Below are positions 9,771-20,711 of a stretch of DNA of 64,000 bases, piece after piece. Within the stretch, counting starts at the first letter, position 1. Every line of letters begins with the position of its first letter. This DNA comes from Sulfolobales archaeon. GTDB taxonomy: Archaea > Thermoproteota > Thermoprotei_A > Sulfolobales > AG1. The notes under the pieces were generated by a model. The model was not told the DNA's origin and did not search any database. It saw only the letters and a program-made list of their open reading frames with translations. The DNA is taken from contig JAWBYA010000001.1 of assembly GCA_038867615.1 (NCBI GenBank), positions 128,001-192,000 on the forward strand, read 5' to 3'. The position numbers and the translations under genes were made by a program.

Positions 9771-10595
9771 TTATCCTTCCTCCTTCATCCTTTTCTCTAT
9801 ATCTTTTACCGCATCGCTAACCCTCACGTATCTCCCAACCCCTATCTCGGATCCTATGATTGTTATTTGTAGCGGTATGTAGCCGTTGCGTGTTAGGAAC
9901 TCTATATCTCCTAGTATGTCTTCTACAGAGCCTTCTCTAACCACTTCTCCGCCTTTCATCACGACTACTCTATCGGCTATCTCTCCTATTAACTGTAGGT
10001 CGTGTCCTATGAGCACTATAGATCTACCCTCCTCTGTTAGGTTCTTCAGGGCTCTCAGGAGCTGTAGGGATCTCTTATAATCTATCCCTGCGAAAGGCTC
10101 GTCAAGGATCAGGACATCGGGTTCCATAGCTAGGATAGAGGCTATAGCCAGCCTATGCCTCTCACCGAAGCTCAGTATGTGGGGCGATATGTTGAGGGGC
10201 TTATCTAGGTCCACTAGCTTGAGAGCCCTCTTGATCCTCTCCTCCATCTCCTCACGTTTCAAACCAAGCCTCTTGAGACCGGCTGTCATCTCCTCATATA
10301 TGGTTCCGCTAAAGATCTGGGCGTCGGGGCTTTGGAAGACATAGCCAACATGGGCAGCAACCTTTGAGGTGGGGGTTTTTCTAGTGTCCATTCCCAAAAC
10401 CCTCACATAGCCTCTATGGGGTTTTAGGAGCCCGTTCATATGCTTGGCAAGGGTTGTTTTACCAGCACCGCTCTCACCTATTATAGCCACCGCCTCCCCC
10501 CTCGAGATCCTGAGGCTAATTCCTCTCAAAACCCAGTCCTGCTCATTGCTATACCTATACCACACATTGTTAACCTCTATAACAGTCTCTCCCAA
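9771..10595 (-). CDS. ECF transporter ATPase (EcfA/CbiO-like)
   Basis: Walker A GESGAGKT, VFQSPDAQIF, LSFGERHR, LDEP; ORF open to 10652, likely TTG start at 10595. Confidence 0.85.
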   Translation of the reverse strand: MGETVIEVNNVWYRYSNEQDWVLRGISLRISRGEAVAIIGESGAGKTTLAKHMNGLLKPHRGYVRVLGMDTRKTPTSKVAAHVGYVFQSPDAQIFSGTIYEEMTAGLKRLGLKREEMEERIKRALKLVDLDKPLNISPHILSFGERHRLAIASILAMEPDVLILDEPFAGIDYKRSLQLLRALKNLTEEGRSIVLIGHDLQLIGEIADRVVVMKGGEVVREGSVEDILGDIEFLTRNGYIPLQITIIGSEIGVGRYVRVSDAVKDIEKRMKEEG

Positions 10596-10772
10596 GCCGC
10601 GTCCCAGCCCTGCCAACCCGATTATACCTAACCTTACCGGACTAAAGAGCACCTCTCAATGTTTAAAGCTGTCTTTATACCTAGGCGGTCGTCCTGGGGT
10701 CTATTTGCTAGCTTATGGCGGAGCATTATTTTATATACTCCCTCTTTATGTATTATAATGGTTTTTGGAGAA

Positions 10773-11723
10773 ATGGAACCTGCTGTGGAGATAGTGGATC
10801 TCGTGAAGAGGTTTGGAAACACTATAGCTGTTGACAAGCTTAACCTAAGTATATATGAAGGCGAGATCTTCGGCCTCCTAGGCCCAAACGGGTCTGGTAA
10901 GTCAACAACCCTTCTGATAATATCGACAGTCTATAAACCAACCTCAGGCGATGTCTATGTCTATGGGAAAAGCGTTGTTAAGAATAGCGATGAGGTCAGG
11001 AAATACGTTGGAATAGCCTTCCAGGAGCCCAAGGCTCTCTGGGTTGATAAGCCCTACGAGATACTGCTATGGCATGCCATGGTTGTTGGGTATAGCATGA
11101 GCGATGCTAGGAGGGTTGTTAAACAGGTTATGGAGGATCTAGGTGTGTGGGAGTATAGGAACAAGATGTTCTCAGAGCTGAGCGGTGGTAATAAGAAAAA
11201 GGTAGAGCTTGCTAAGGTCTTTATCCAGAAGCCAAGGCTAGCTATATTTGACGAGCCTACTGCACAGCTTGATGTTATCACTAAACACCAGGTCTGGAAC
11301 ATGATAGAGGATCTCAGGAGGAATGGTTCTACAATCATTGTTGCGACAAACGAGATGTCGGAGGCTGAGAGACTGAGCGATAGGATAGGGATCATGTATA
11401 AGGGTAGGCTGAGGGCTCTTGGAACGCCTGAGGAGCTTAAAGACGGAATACCTGGGGGAGATATAATAGAGATCATAGTTGATGGGCCTGTGAGGGAGAG
11501 TTTCGTTGAGACTATAAAGAGCGATATAGATGCTGTTAGGATAGATCTTAAGGATGCTGTGATAAGGATCTATGTTAACAAGGGTGAGGAGAAAATAGCA
11601 AGGGTTGTTGATATGTTCTCGAGGGGAGGGTTGAAGGTTAGGCAGATAAGCCTCAAAGAACCCACGCTAGATGATGTTTTCTTCTACTACACAGGGGCTA
11701 AGCTGGCTGGTGATAATAATTGA
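10773..11723 (+). CDS. ABC exporter ATP-binding subunit (DrrA-like)
   Basis: GPNGSGKST, LSGG, FDEPT, C-terminal EPTLDDVF; ORF open from 10659. Confidence 0.9.
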   Translation: MEPAVEIVDLVKRFGNTIAVDKLNLSIYEGEIFGLLGPNGSGKSTTLLIISTVYKPTSGDVYVYGKSVVKNSDEVRKYVGIAFQEPKALWVDKPYEILLWHAMVVGYSMSDARRVVKQVMEDLGVWEYRNKMFSELSGGNKKKVELAKVFIQKPRLAIFDEPTAQLDVITKHQVWNMIEDLRRNGSTIIVATNEMSEAERLSDRIGIMYKGRLRALGTPEELKDGIPGGDIIEIIVDGPVRESFVETIKSDIDAVRIDLKDAVIRIYVNKGEEKIARVVDMFSRGGLKVRQISLKEPTLDDVFFYYTGAKLAGDNN

Positions 11724-12523
11724 GAGAGGATCTAAGAGCCCTTCTCCTGGTAACCCTATGGGATGTTAGGAAGGTTGCTAGGTATAAAGTATTCCTCCTA
11801 ATGAGGTTCGCCTGGTTTATAGTCCAGGTCTCTGTATTCGCTGTCATGATATCATATCTAGTAACAATAAGATCTCTGGGGACATCGGGTATAGGTTATT
11901 ACGAGTACTATCTCTTCGGCGCATACACAGCACTCCTATTCTCGATCTCCATGTTCAGGGGGTATGAGATCGCTGAGGAGTTTGAGGAGGGTATTATAGA
12001 GTATCAATTATCACTCCCGATCAAGAGGAGAATACTTGCTATTGGGAGGACAATAGGTGGAGGTATTGCCTCGTTCATATACACATTGCCAATGATGCTC
12101 TTCATACTATTACTACTCGGGATCACAAACCCTGTCTTAATAGCGATAGCCATTCTATCGGCACTAGCATTCTCAATAGGTATTGTGGGTTTAGCCATAA
12201 ACATAGTCTTTGGCCTTAAATCAGGCGATAAAACAGACATCCTGTTCGGCGTTGTTGATGCCCTGCTCGTGAGGCTCAGCACGATCTTCTACCCACTCCC
12301 CTTCCTATCGGTCTTTCCACCGTATTTCTATGCTGCTATGTATAACCCGCTCTCAAACATGGCTGATTTTCTGAGAGCCCTCTTCTTCTTCCAAGACCTC
12401 AAGATCTTCATACACGCTCCCCCAGAGAACCTGATATCCTATATAGTAGGGCTTGCAGTAGGCTTGTCAATCCTAGCCATGCTCTTCATAGAGAGGAGGG
12501 TTGAGGGTGGTGGGTGGAAATGA
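11720..12523 (+). CDS. ABC-2 type permease
   Basis: About 6 TM helices, STIFYP and NPLS motifs, coupled to the ATPase. Confidence 0.85.
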   Translation: MREDLRALLLVTLWDVRKVARYKVFLLMRFAWFIVQVSVFAVMISYLVTIRSLGTSGIGYYEYYLFGAYTALLFSISMFRGYEIAEEFEEGIIEYQLSLPIKRRILAIGRTIGGGIASFIYTLPMMLFILLLLGITNPVLIAIAILSALAFSIGIVGLAINIVFGLKSGDKTDILFGVVDALLVRLSTIFYPLPFLSVFPPYFYAAMYNPLSNMADFLRALFFFQDLKIFIHAPPENLISYIVGLAVGLSILAMLFIERRVEGGGWK

Positions 12524-13293
12524 GGTCATATGCTAGGGGTATACAGATAGTGGTTATGAGGGATCTTGATAGGTTCTGGAAGTATAAGTGGTGGCTCGCA
12601 GGCCTGATCACAATGAACCTGACAGATCTCTTTATATTCGCCCTGATATTTAATGGGATAGTTAATAGAGCCTATATAGATAACTACCTATTATTCATAG
12701 CACCAGGTATAACGGCTATAGCAACCTTTGCATCAGCCTTCTCAATAGGGAGGGAAGTGGGAGTAGAGGTTAGGAGAGGCTATACACAATATCTACTAAG
12801 CCTCCCGCTCACAAGGTTTCAGCTATCAATCGGCAGGATCCTTGGGGGCGCTTTGAGGGGGCTTATATACCAGATCCCCTTCATAGCCCTTCTCCTAATA
12901 CTATACTGGAGCATCCCGAGTATAGAGAAGTTCTCGATCATGATCGCTACATCGGTTATGCTCACGATATCGATGTCAAGCCTCTCAATAACGATCTCAA
13001 CAGCTGTTAGGAGCTTCGATCTCCAGGCTACTATGAGGAGTTTCACGTATTTCGTGCTATTCTTCTTCTCAAACGTATTCTACCCAGATGCATTGATAAG
13101 GAAGTACTTCCCAGAGATTCTATATATAATTATATCCAACAACCCTGTCTCCATAGCTACCAGCATATACCGCTGGATCTTTGGTGTAATGCCTGTAGAA
13201 GATCCATTAATACTAGTGATTAAAATGATCATATGGTGCTTGGTGTTCTTCATACTAGGCAGCTTCTTCTATCTAAGAAACCTCATGGCATAG
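12514..13293 (+). CDS. ABC-2 type permease
   Basis: APGI, SNVFYP and NPVS motifs, about 6 TM helices. Confidence 0.85.
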   Translation: MEMRSYARGIQIVVMRDLDRFWKYKWWLAGLITMNLTDLFIFALIFNGIVNRAYIDNYLLFIAPGITAIATFASAFSIGREVGVEVRRGYTQYLLSLPLTRFQLSIGRILGGALRGLIYQIPFIALLLILYWSIPSIEKFSIMIATSVMLTISMSSLSITISTAVRSFDLQATMRSFTYFVLFFFSNVFYPDALIRKYFPEILYIIISNNPVSIATSIYRWIFGVMPVEDPLILVIKMIIWCLVFFILGSFFYLRNLMA

Positions 13294-13323
13294 ATAACCA
13301 TGGCGCATGCTAACTCTATCACG

Positions 13324-13695
13324 CCGTAGCCAGCTGCTTCGAGCTTCATGATGGTTTATAAGGATTGATATTAAACTCGAGGTTCTGCAGTAATGGAACA
13401 TTATATAAGCTCTTATATTTCACTGGGATGACCGCCCAACAATGAGGGTAAAAATAAAGACCCGAGGGGCGGGTTAAAGGCAAAAAGAGATCCAGGATGT
13501 GGAGGTTTCCCCACAGCAATGAACCAGAGAAACTCAATGAAGGGGAGCTGTGGGTTGGGGTCACCCTGAACGGGTGGAAGCCGAGGATATGGGCCCCAAT
13601 GAAAGGAGCCCTGAGGCCTATGAAACCAAGGGCTGAGCGGTTGATATCAAGCAATATCAACCGCTATGAAGCCTGAACCCCTAAGGCTACAAAGG
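13324..13695 (+). mobile_element. Non-autonomous IS607/tnpB-derived element, family B copy 1
   Basis: Close homolog of 35303-35599; begins CCGTAGC; imperfect inverted ends; 12-bp stem 13636-13647/13654-13665; right boundary uncertain by a few nt. Confidence 0.7.
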
Positions 13696-13812
13696 TTAGG
13701 GATATCTAGATTTGTTCCTGGTTTCAGCACTATCGTGAAATACCCTGCCAACTGTATCGATAAGGGATCATGTTTAGGATACCTTTTTATACCCCCTAGG
13801 ATATCTTTTTAA

Positions 13813-15423
<1,611 letters not shown>

Positions 15424-15888
15424 AGCACTTCTACAACGAGGTTTATATAGATAAAATGTTTTGGTCAACTATGTAGCTCTCTATTACTACCCAGCACTAA
15501 AGCTAGATCTATCAAAGCTTAGCAATAATATTCGCTATACAGGTTCTCGGCAGCGGGGTCGGGTTTTACATTGATCTTTTGTACATCTTATCTCTTCTTT
15601 CCAATTCTATAGTAGATCGACCTAGCAGGCTTGTTGATGTCTGTTGAGCCTAGCGGTACGCGGCTCTCATCTACTGAGAGATCATCGCTTTGATGGCTTG
15701 GAGCATTGCCCATATTGCCCTCTAGGGTCGATATGAAGATCAGATCATCACGAAGGCAACCATATTAAAAGTTTAAATCTTTTTAACCAACATCAATACG
15801 AAAGCAGCCCAGTATATGGGTTTTTAACATATCCGTGTTATGTTTCTTCTTATAAGCCTCCTCAAAAATATATGCTTGAGGAGCTCTT

Positions 15889-17295
15889 TTGACAAGCTTC
15901 CTTGAAAAAATCCTCTCCCCAGCCTACTCGCCAGATCTGGATGAGCTCTACCTACTACCCGGGAAAGCGGATCTAGAGCCAAGCCAGATCGATATTTCAA
16001 CATATTTTACGAAAAACATAAGGCTGAAGATCCCTTTGGTATCCTCGCCAATGGATACTGTTAGTGAGTGGAGGTTAGCAGTATCTATAGCGCTAATGGG
16101 TGGTGTGGGGGTTATTCATAGAAATATGTCTGTGGAGGAGCAGGTGAGGAACCTTGAGATGGTTAAAAGCTTTCCCCCAATACCGCTAGAGGATCTATAT
16201 CTCCTTGAGAGGGAACCGTGTGGAAGGGCTATCGATGCTATGAGGAAAAAGGGTGTTAGGAACATGCCTGTAATAGATCCCACAGGATCTTTTAGGGGAT
16301 ACGTGAGGTACAGCGATCTTCTAGAATCCTGTAGAGATGGATCGACACCGATCAATAGATTCATAACCCCAGGCGTCTCATTCGACCTACCCCTAGCCAG
16401 AGAGGCTGTTAAATACATAGCCAGGGGCGAGGGCGATGTGATCGCTATAACCAACGGGGGGATCTATGTTGGTAGTGTAAGTGTGCATGGGGCTATGGAG
16501 GCTATAGATCCTGTTCTCGATGATGATGGGAGACTCTTGGTAGCAGCAGCCATAAACCCGATCGATATTGAGAGGGCCAGAAGGCTTGATAGGCTTGCCG
16601 ATGCAATAGTATCTGATGTTGCCCACTACCATAACAGCGAGATCCTGAGGGCCAGCTCAAAGCTCGTTAAAGAGATATCGACAGACTTTGTGGCAGGCAA
16701 TATAGGGACTGCAGAGGCTGCGCTAGACGCTGTAACACATATCGACAGGATAGATGGTTTTAGGGTTGGGGTGGGAGGCGGATCTATATGTACAACACCC
16801 AATGTAGCCGGGGCTTATGCACCAACCATCTGGAGCGTTGCCAGCGTGAGAGATGCTCTTGAGGCGCAGGGCCTCAGAATCCCCTTGATAGCCGACGGGG
16901 GTCTTAGAAGCGCCTCTGATATAGTTAAGGCTCTTGCCGTGGGTGCTAGCACAGCTATGGCGGGCTATATCTTCGCCGGTACAGACGAGGCTCCTTCGGA
17001 GCTTATAGAGGTGGGGGGAGAGCTTTATAAGCAGTATAGGGGTATGGCTAGTATTACATCTATGATGAGGAGGTTCTCTATGGATAGGTATGCTAAGATC
17101 GTTAAAAACATACCAGAAGGTGTAGGAGGCCTAGTACCTTACAAGGGATCTGCTAGATCTGTTATTAGGGAGGTTGTTGAAGGTATAAGGATAGCTATGG
17201 GTTATGCCGGTGCCAGGAATATAGAGGATCTATGGGCTAAGGCTAGATTCATCAAGGCTAGTAAGAAGAAAACCCTAGGGGGTCGCGATGGCTGA
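15889..17295 (+). CDS. guaB: IMP dehydrogenase with CBS domains
   Basis: SSPMDTV, IHRNM, GGGSICTT catalytic Cys, ADGG, YRGMAS; adjacent to guaA. Confidence 0.92.
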   Translation: MTSFLEKILSPAYSPDLDELYLLPGKADLEPSQIDISTYFTKNIRLKIPLVSSPMDTVSEWRLAVSIALMGGVGVIHRNMSVEEQVRNLEMVKSFPPIPLEDLYLLEREPCGRAIDAMRKKGVRNMPVIDPTGSFRGYVRYSDLLESCRDGSTPINRFITPGVSFDLPLAREAVKYIARGEGDVIAITNGGIYVGSVSVHGAMEAIDPVLDDDGRLLVAAAINPIDIERARRLDRLADAIVSDVAHYHNSEILRASSKLVKEISTDFVAGNIGTAEAALDAVTHIDRIDGFRVGVGGGSICTTPNVAGAYAPTIWSVASVRDALEAQGLRIPLIADGGLRSASDIVKALAVGASTAMAGYIFAGTDEAPSELIEVGGELYKQYRGMASITSMMRRFSMDRYAKIVKNIPEGVGGLVPYKGSARSVIREVVEGIRIAMGYAGARNIEDLWAKARFIKASKKKTLGGRDG

Positions 17296-18838
17296 GGGGA
17301 ATAGGGATTACGATTCAGTCATCATAGTAGATTTCGGAGGGCAGTATACGCATCTGATAGCCAGGAGGATCAGGGAGCTCGGTGTTTATAGCGAGATAAT
17401 CCCGGCCAGGGATCTCTCCAGAGAGGTTTTCGAGAGGATCTCGCCCAAGGCAGTTGTTCTCTCGGGAAGCCCTGCAAGTGTTCTTGAGCACGAGCCCCCC
17501 ATGCCTCCCAAATGGATCCTCGATATAGATATACCTATACTCGGGATCTGCTATGGGCACCAAGCCCTGGCTAGAATGCTTGGAGGTAGGGTATCGAGGG
17601 GTGTTGGAGAGTATGGGGGAGCTCGTATCAGGATCGTTAGGAGAGACGCTATATTCGAGGGCTTCGGAGAGGTTGAGGAGGTGTGGATGAGCCACTCCGA
17701 CTATGTTGAGAAACCACCTAGGGATGCCGAAATACTCGCAGTATCGGAGGATACTGGGTATATAGCTTCTTTCAGGATCTCTGGGAAACCTATCTATGGT
17801 GTTCAGTTCCACCCCGAGGTTAGCCATACTGTGAAGGGGAGAGTGCTTCTCGACAACTTTCTAAGACTAGCTGGTGCTAGGAGGGAGTGGAGGCCTAGCG
17901 GTACGGTCGATAGAATCGTTAACGAGATCTCTAGAAGCATAGGTTCTGGAGAAAAGGTTCTCTGTGCCGTGAGTGGTGGGATAGATTCGACAGTAACAGC
18001 CTTATTAGTCAAAAGGGCTGTGGGGGATAGGCTGGTAACAGTATTTGTGGATCACGGGCTCTTGAGGGAGGGAGAGGCTCAGGAGGTTCTTGAAAGGCTT
18101 AGAAAACTGGGCCTCAACCCAGTCTTCATAGATGCTTCTAAGATGTTCTTAGAAGCCCTCAGGGGTGTGAGGGATCCTGAGGAGAAGAGGAGGATAATTG
18201 GAAAGCTCTTTGCAGATATATTTAAAGAGATCGTTGATAGAGATCCTGATATAAAGTGGCTTGCACAAGGGACTACTTACCCAGATGTTATTGAGAGCGG
18301 CTCTTCTCCCCACGCGGCTAGGATAAAGACACACCATAATGTAGGGGGTCTCCCAAGGGATCTTGGTTTAAAGGTGATCGAGCCTCTGAGAAGCTTTTAT
18401 AAAGATGAGGTGAGGGAGCTGGCAAGGGTTTTAGGGGTTCCTGAGGAGGTGATCAAGAGGCATCCTTTCCCAGGACCAGGGCTTGCTGTTAGGATTGTTG
18501 GTGAGGTTAGTGAGGAGAAGCTGAGGATCTTGAGGAGGGCTACTAAGATCGTTGAGGAGGAGTTAAAGACAGCAGGGATCTATGATAGTCTCTGGCAAGC
18601 ATTCCCAGTGCTCTTAGAGAGCAGCTGGGTTGGTGTTAAGGGTGATGCTAGGAGGGAGGGTTATATAATTATAATAAGGGCTGTTGAGAGCGAGGATGGC
18701 ATGACCGCTGAGTGGGCTAGGATCTCTCACGAGATCCTAGATAGGATCTCGAAGAGGATAACCCGGGAGCTGCCTGAGGTAACCATGGTTGCCTACGCTA
18801 TAACGCCCAAACCGCCCTCGACTATAGAGCCTCAGTAA
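17288..18838 (+). CDS. guaA: GMP synthase (glutamine-hydrolysing)
   Basis: DFGGQY, GICYG, QFHPE, SGGIDS, IKTHHN, HPFPGPG, KPPSTIE. Confidence 0.98.
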   Translation: MAEGNRDYDSVIIVDFGGQYTHLIARRIRELGVYSEIIPARDLSREVFERISPKAVVLSGSPASVLEHEPPMPPKWILDIDIPILGICYGHQALARMLGGRVSRGVGEYGGARIRIVRRDAIFEGFGEVEEVWMSHSDYVEKPPRDAEILAVSEDTGYIASFRISGKPIYGVQFHPEVSHTVKGRVLLDNFLRLAGARREWRPSGTVDRIVNEISRSIGSGEKVLCAVSGGIDSTVTALLVKRAVGDRLVTVFVDHGLLREGEAQEVLERLRKLGLNPVFIDASKMFLEALRGVRDPEEKRRIIGKLFADIFKEIVDRDPDIKWLAQGTTYPDVIESGSSPHAARIKTHHNVGGLPRDLGLKVIEPLRSFYKDEVRELARVLGVPEEVIKRHPFPGPGLAVRIVGEVSEEKLRILRRATKIVEEELKTAGIYDSLWQAFPVLLESSWVGVKGDARREGYIIIIRAVESEDGMTAEWARISHEILDRISKRITRELPEVTMVAYAITPKPPSTIEPQ

Positions 18839-18857
18839 TGTTCTATACCTACGGGTT

Positions 18858-19838
18858 CTATTGCTTGTTCCATGCCTCGATATATTCTTTCAAAGACCCT
18901 GGTGGTTTGATCGATAGGGCTGCTGCTCCATATATTCCCACGTCGTCTCCAAACTCTGTGAAACGGATCATGGGTTTTCTAACGGTTATATATCTATCCA
19001 GATATCTATCCAAACCCTTGGCGAAAGCCTCTTTATTGTTAAGCGCTACAGAGCCCCCCATGATCAGGATCTCCGGGTCGTAGGCGTTTATAGTTGAGGC
19101 GATCCCGGCGGAGTTAACGAGCATGAGGTATTCGTCCACGTATTTTATAGCTATGGGATCTCCTCTAGCATATTGTTCAAAGATCTCCCTGGTCTCGAAA
19201 GATCCTTCCAAAAGCCTCTGACATAGGGGGGATCTAAGCGATCCACATAACCCCTCTCTAGAGACGTATTGGGAGAAGCTTCTAGGAATATTAATGCCAG
19301 AAGCTATCCCCTCCCAGTGCCCATAACCGCCACAGCCACATCTAATGCTAGATGAGTAGTCAACCACCAGGTGCCCTATCTCATGGGCATTCCCATCCTT
19401 ACCTATGAGGAGGTTCCCATCAACTATAACCCCACCCCCTATGCCGGTGCTTATCGTCACATAGAGGATATTCCTATAACCCCTAGCCAGGCCGAGGATA
19501 TGCTCGCCCCATGCTGCTGCAACGGCATCGTTTGCTAAGACAACCCTTAACCCGAGCTCTCTCAAGGGGTCAACGATCCTGAAGCTCTTGATCGGGGCGT
19601 TGGGGGCTCTGGGAACAGATCCTGTTGAGAGGTCTAGAGGTCCTATCGACCCCACACCAACGCCGGCTATGCGGGAGAGGTCACCACCGCTTAGATCGAT
19701 GATAAGGCTTTTCAAATGCTCCTCAAAACCGGATCTGGGAAAGGGACTCTTAATCTTTTTGAGGAGCTCGCCCTCATGGCTGAAAAGCCCAGCTCTTATA
19801 AACGTAGCCCCTACATCTATCCCTATGTGGAGGCTCAT
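18858..19838 (-). CDS. ROK-family sugar kinase (glucokinase)
   Basis: GIDVGAT, NDA, STGIGGG, HEIGH, CGCG..GHWE; likely start at ATG 19838. Confidence 0.9.
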   Translation of the reverse strand: MSLHIGIDVGATFIRAGLFSHEGELLKKIKSPFPRSGFEEHLKSLIIDLSGGDLSRIAGVGVGSIGPLDLSTGSVPRAPNAPIKSFRIVDPLRELGLRVVLANDAVAAAWGEHILGLARGYRNILYVTISTGIGGGVIVDGNLLIGKDGNAHEIGHLVVDYSSSIRCGCGGYGHWEGIASGINIPRSFSQYVSREGLCGSLRSPLCQRLLEGSFETREIFEQYARGDPIAIKYVDEYLMLVNSAGIASTINAYDPEILIMGGSVALNNKEAFAKGLDRYLDRYITVRKPMIRFTEFGDDVGIYGAAALSIKPPGSLKEYIEAWNKQ

Positions 19839-20021
19839 GGGAGCAACCAAGCATGATTCCTGTGGGAGCAATATATTGTTTAAAAGAAACAGCAATGGTT
19901 CTAAAACAACGATTATCACTATTTGCTACATTGAGCATAGTTGTGGAAAATTTTATTTAGTATGGATATAAATGAGAACGCCTATAAGATTTCTAGCATA
20001 TATTAATCTAGGTGAGTATGT

Positions 20022-20285
20022 ATGAGCGCTAGTGAAAAGAGGGTTAAGGAGTTGCCATATAGAGTGGAGAAAGTGATCGATGCTAGGGGTATGATGTGCC
20101 CTGGGCCGGTGTTAATGCTCAGCTCAGCCATATCACAGCTCCCCTCCGGTGCTGTGGTTATGGTGCTGGCTAGGGATCCCGCTTTTGAGGAGGATCTCAG
20201 ATCATGGGCTGTCTATACAGGCAACAAGATCATAGAGATCAAGAGGGATGGCGAGAATATTATCGCATATGTGAGGAAGAGGTGA
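20022..20285 (+). CDS. tusA: TusA/SirA-family sulfur carrier
   Basis: DARGMMCPGP motif, 87 aa. Confidence 0.88.
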   Translation: MSASEKRVKELPYRVEKVIDARGMMCPGPVLMLSSAISQLPSGAVVMVLARDPAFEEDLRSWAVYTGNKIIEIKRDGENIIAYVRKR

Positions 20286-20289
20286 TCCC

Positions 20290-20700
20290 ATGTTCCAGGA
20301 GGCAGCGGATCTAGCGATCATAGTTAGATCCGATAAACCTGAGAGCGTCTACCCAGCATTCATACTAGCAACAACAGCCGCAGCGATGGGTATGAAGGTT
20401 GAGATGTTCTTCACATTCTGGGGGCTTAAAGCCATTACCAAGGGGGGTGCTGATGATATAGAGAGAAACTTCTATGAGGAGCTGAGATCCAGGGGTTTTG
20501 AGCCCAAAGGCCTCCCAAGGCTGAAGGATCTCATAGCCATGGCTCAGGGATCGGGGAGTGTTAAGATCTATGCTTGCTCAACAACTATAGAGGCTATGGG
20601 GATCTCGAGGGAAGCAATACTGGAAGGATGCCCGATAGTTGGGGCAGCAACATTTCTTGCAAAACATGGTAAGGCTGGGTCTAAGGTTCTTATTTTTTAG
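20290..20700 (+). CDS. DsrE/DsrF-like family protein
   Basis: FFTFWG, YAC, VGAATFL; next to tusA. Confidence 0.85.
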   Translation: MFQEAADLAIIVRSDKPESVYPAFILATTAAAMGMKVEMFFTFWGLKAITKGGADDIERNFYEELRSRGFEPKGLPRLKDLIAMAQGSGSVKIYACSTTIEAMGISREAILEGCPIVGAATFLAKHGKAGSKVLIF

Positions 20701-20711
20701 AAAAGCAGCTT

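Noticed and set aside
13345-13349. TTCAT as an IS200/IS605-type target/TAM shared by both family B copies
   Set aside because: Homology continues ~20 nt further left to CCGTAGC, so TTCAT is internal to the element.
13346-13660. 104-aa minus-strand ORF here, and the 64-aa ORF at 41470-41664
   Set aside because: Both lie within non-autonomous elements; the first is not preserved in the second copy.
15424-15888. 465-bp gap between pyrG and guaB as a possible riboswitch or sRNA
   Set aside because: No purine-riboswitch consensus, strong stem or repeat homology found; only a 41-aa minus-strand ORF without support.
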